This document shows, piece after piece, positions 53,792-64,000 of a DNA stretch of 64,000 nucleotides. Below the pieces are notes generated by a model. It did not search any database. It had not been told where the DNA came from and saw only the letters and a list, made by a program, of their open reading frames with translations. Numbering within the stretch: the stretch's first letter is position 1; each line of letters starts with the position of its first letter. A program made the translations under genes and the position numbers. This stretch comes from Amoebidium appalachense. Lineage: Eukaryota; Protista; Ichthyosporea. The stretch lies in NCBI GenBank assembly GCA_963693365.1, contig CAVNZM010000014.1, forward strand, positions 1,302,001 to 1,366,000. The letters run 5' to 3'.

Positions 53792-54430
53792 CCCCCCCCC
53801 CTCCCTCCCTCCCTTTCCCCCCCCCTCCACCCCCCGCTCTCCCACCTCCCCGCCCCCACCTCCCTCAATTGCCCACAGTTTTTATTTGAGACAATGCCAC
53901 TCCCTGTGGTGGACTGGCCGCCTGCTAAACCTCTCCAGCGAAAGTATCTTTGCTTTTCTTGTTGGCGGTATTGTCTCTGCTTGCTCGTTCTACTGCCGTT
54001 TTGTTGCACCAACCCCCTCTCTCCCCCCCACCTCCCCCCCGCCCCTCCTCCCCTCTCCCTTTTGCATGGGCCCTTCTTCTCAACGTGGCAAGTTACATAA
54101 ATATCCTCCTCGTCTCCCCGCCAGCGGGCCTTGGGTCTCCTGTTGTCAGCTCTCGTGCTTGCCTGCTGCAGGGACCGTACTCAACGAGATCATTCGCCTG
54201 TATGTGAGTTTTTGCTATTCTCCAGAGATGTTTTTTGATTTTGAACACGTGAGGGCAGACGGGAACGCAGGCGCACACAAACGTGCACTCTGAGGAAACA
54301 TAGAATTCATGCCGTTTCTGAGAACACGCGCTGTCTAGCGATTATGTAACCTAAAAACAAGAACCGGAGATAGTGCTGCTGATTCCGAAGTCTATGATAT
54401 TCATTACACGATAACACACACGTTCCTCAC

Positions 54431-54557
<127 letters not shown>

Positions 54558-55699
54558 CAGGCAGCAGGGACGGGGGAGGGGGGGGGAAGGGAAGAATAGT
54601 GCAAGAGGGAGGGGGTGGAGAAAGAGAAAGTGTGTGTTGGTAAGGGAGAGTGAGAGAGAGGAGAGAACGGGGGGAGGGGGGGGGGAGAGGAGGGAGAGAG
54701 AGCGAGAGGGAAGGGGAGAGAGAGGGGCACGTGGAAGGGGGGGGAAAGAGGGGTAGAGGAAGGTGCATCATGCAATGTGGAGGGAGAGAGAGCTGGGAGA
54801 GGGAGAGGAGGAGGCAGAGCGAGGGAGGAGGAAGGGTTGGGAGGGGGGGCAAAGAAGGAAAGGGGAGTGGGAGAGAGAGTGGGTGGAGGGGAGAGAGCGG
54901 AGAGGGGGGGGGGGGGAGGGGGGGGAGGAAGGAGCGGAGGGAGGTAGGGAGGGAGGGGGGGAAAGCACGACTGTATACGTAGCCTATGGCGCAGAAAGTT
55001 GATAACATGTTTCTTGATACACGTGTGCGAGCGGGGGGGAGGAGGCAGAGGTGGGGGGGGGGGGGGGGGGGAGAGGGAGAGAAGAGGGAGGGGGTACGCA
55101 AGGAGGGAGGTGCATCGATGAGAGGAGCAAAAGGGTGAGAGATAAGGAGGGCCGAGAGAGGGAGAAGTAGAAGCAGAGCGAAAGAGAGCGCAGGATGAGA
55201 GGGATACAAATATGTACTGCACACGTAGAAGCGCTCACACAGATTATGTCCACATCAGCTAGACCATCCTTGTCCTTAGCGCGTCACGAATAGACATGCA
55301 TGGGCGCAAAATGCCAGCGGGTGGTGCTACCATGTCTATATCGACGTATACGGATAAGACACAATACGGCATGCAGCTGGTAGCCGCGTCAGTGCAGGTA
55401 AACACGCCAACGATCATCCATCGTAAGTACCCCGTGCGTGCTGTTGCTTTGCAAGTACATACGGTAGCATCACGGGTCGGACGATGTAAGCACCCCATGT
55501 TTTCTGTTGCTTTGGAGTGTAGATTCTTAGAAGCTCATGTGGCAGATGTTATCTTGCTGATGCAAACCGACCTTTCCGTAAGGTGTAGGGGGGAAATGTG
55601 ACTCTAATCTCTCTACAAGTTGAAATCTCGAGTCGCTATACTATGTTTCATCTTTCGGCTTTTTGAGCACGGTCACGGAACTGAATGAACAGATGCTGG

Positions 55700-55981
55700 C
55701 GTTACGTAATAGCTTGGGAGAGCGCTTTTCAATTCTAAATTATCCGGGATTACAAAAATGAAGGGATTCGACATATTTAACTGATCCATAAAACAGGTTA
55801 AAATATACCGCACTTTGAGAGTATCGCTTGTCTGACCCCATGTTGGAGATCGAGACCCTGGGCTGCGAGCCTGTGACCCTTATCCAATGAGATGCGAGGT
55901 AAGGTGCTTCTACAATTAGCCAATCAGCGTGGATTTTACTTATGCCGGTTGCGTGCCTGAGGCATCGTGCGGGTATATAAG
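55700..55981 (+). promoter_or_regulatory. Pol II promoter of pirin: TATA box, two CCAAT boxes, bZIP-like palindrome
   Basis: TATATAA 55974-55980; CCAAT 55884-55888 and 55920-55924; GTTACGTAAT at ~55701; TGCCTGAGGCA palindrome at ~55954. The TATA box is ~330 bp upstream of the ATG. Confidence 0.55.
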
Positions 55982-56307
55982 CAGCTTTTTCGAAAGCAAC
56001 AGTTCACAAAAGAAAATTAAAAAAAAGCCTTTTGTTTTCTCGTTCAGACCAACCTCCTTTGTTTTACTGCCTTCTGCTGTCGAGTGCTGAAAGCAAGAGA
56101 GGAAAAAACACGTGTATAGGCTACTAAACAGGTTCTTGGCGCGATACTATTGTAGGATCTAGACGTCATATAACATTCACAGTATTTACTTTCACTCTTT
56201 TTGTTGTAAAGCTTTGTCTGGCATAACCCACACCTATGCCTTCTTTTGCACGCACGATCAAAGCATTTTCGCTTCTTCCCACCGTTTTCAAGCACTATTT
56301 TTCAGCC

Positions 56308-62368
<6,061 letters not shown>

Positions 62369-62996
62369 AATGACACTTTCCGGTCTGGGATATGATAAAT
62401 TGCATACCATTTTTACGGCTTTTTCCGCAAGGTTGGAGACTGGATTGTCTCAAAATATAGAACCTGTGGTGCGAAGGTGTAAAACTAGATAGATTTTGTT
62501 ATATAACAGACATATATATTTTGCTTAGTCCAAGCCAGATATATACATAAAGAGGTATCATAGTGGCGTGATGTGTGTTGCCAGTTTCCCGTTTATGTTC
62601 TAGTTTGCTAGTATGTAGCCACATCTCAAACCCTTTTTTCACGCGTACGTATGTTCGACACATTCAAGAGTAGCTATAGATCATGTAGTATGTAATTGAT
62701 AGTCTTCTTTTACCTCAGTTTTTGACACATATGTGAATATTTAGTGCACACACACAAGTATGACATGAAACCTGCACCATCGGATCCTCCCGTGTAAAAT
62801 TTAATGCCGCAATTGTCCAACGAGGCTCCAAAATAAACCGCTCTAATTTTCACAATTTTTAAATTTATAGTTAAACGCTACTAGTTATGCCTGCAGCGGC
62901 CAGAACCCCAGAGCGTGCACGGGTGCGCGCGGCGGGGAGCTTGAGGGGGAATCAGAATGGGTGGGGTGGGGAGGGGAAGATTTTGGGGAGAGGGAA

Positions 62997-63032
<36 letters not shown>

Positions 63033-63047
63033 GGGGGGGGGACCCTC

Positions 63048-63497
63048 ATGTTAATAGTCATCTACTGCACGGCCATTAGAACATGTGCACGATTGAAGAA
63101 AATTTCCCTAGTGGATTGCCGTTTTATCACCAGTCTCGGCCCCCTGGCTGGTCTTCCCATCGAGGAGATCACGGTACTCAGGGGGGTTTTCACGACATTG
63201 GAGCCACTCTCCGCCTGCAAACGCCTACGCTGTATAACAATGACTTCTCTTTCGGGCATTGCCACACTGGCGCCGTTGGCCGGTCTACCACTCGAATATG
63301 CCGTGTTTCGAAATCTCTCAAATCTCACTGATATCGATGCGCTGGGGCAGTGCACATCCCTTAAAGGTGTGGAAATGAAGGACGTACCGGATGTAGACAA
63401 TGTGTTGTGTTTGGCTGGCCATCCATCTCTGTGTAGGTTGGAGGTGAGAAGACAATGTCCATGGGACCTCACACAGCCGCAGCCAACGGTGAAAGTG
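63048..63497 (+). CDS. Leucine-rich repeat protein exon (gene probably continues beyond the window)
   Basis: About 22-aa LRRs: LKKISLVDCRFITSLGPLAGLP, IEEITV...LEPLSACKR, LRCITM...LAPLAGLP, LEYAVF...IDALGQCTS. Donor GTG|GTGAGT at 63497. The start is uncertain. Confidence 0.8.
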
Positions 63498-63879
63498 GTG
63501 AGTTTAGACTCCTCCCTGCCCCCACCCCCTGGCTGCCTTTTTCAAACACACGCGCGCGGACCGTCGGACACATGTAATCTGCATAGGCTTGGCATGTCGT
63601 ATCTTTTAGAGTTTTGTGCAATTTTCATAATCCCTGCCTGAACCAATGTGCATGTGCATGGTGAAAGGCATGAACGGTATGTATACGTTTCATGCACAGT
63701 GTGCAAGTCATGGTTGTTATTGCAAAGACGAACTGTGTGCATGTCATTTCATGCACGTTCAGGTCACTGCACTGTATGTTGCAATTGGGTGAAAGCCAAA
63801 AAAACTGCCTTGTATAAGATGGATTGATGTAACCTCCCCAACCTGTCCCTCTTTCTCTCTGACGCATTTTACTTCCCCC

Positions 63880-63910
<31 letters not shown>

Positions 63911-64000
63911 AAAAGAAAAAGACAGAGAGAAAGCGAGGGAGGGAGAGAGGGGGGGGGAGATAGAGAGAGAGAGAGAGATACAAAAAACTCGCTGTGTTGT

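Noticed and set aside
55835-55880. tRNA-like or B-box-like segment upstream of pirin
   Set aside because: No cloverleaf and no proper GTTCGA T-loop.

Overview
Intron-rich eukaryotic genomic DNA, probably from an opisthokont; a unicellular holozoan is plausible but this is inference from gene content only. Introns are saturated with poly(C)/poly(G), (CA)n/(GT)n and (CT)n tracts, so nearly all of the supplied Pro/Gly/His-Thr/Cys-Val ORFs are artefacts. Manually spliced content, in order: (1) an intronless MYND zinc-finger gene followed by tandem copies of its own 3' end; (2) a ~23 kb minus-strand locus with ankyrin repeats (about one per exon), two ZZ zinc fingers, a long Pro/Ser/Thr-rich exon and a C-terminal villin headpiece; (3) an orphan multi-exon plus-strand gene; (4) an apparently intact two-ORF APE-RT LINE inserted antisense into a 5'-truncated copy of its own family, both copies ending in oligo(C) instead of poly(A); (5) DNLZ/Hep1/Zim17; (6) an R7-type DEP-DHEX-RGS gene that lacks the GGL domain; (7) pirin; (8) the start of an LRR gene. 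The most intriguing candidate system is the C-tailed LINE, a short intronic repeat family with the same ...AAACCCC end, and a recurring intron layout with poly(C) after the donor and (CA)n before the acceptor. All gene models were built by eye with no database searches, and homopolymer lengths may be assembly-inflated.
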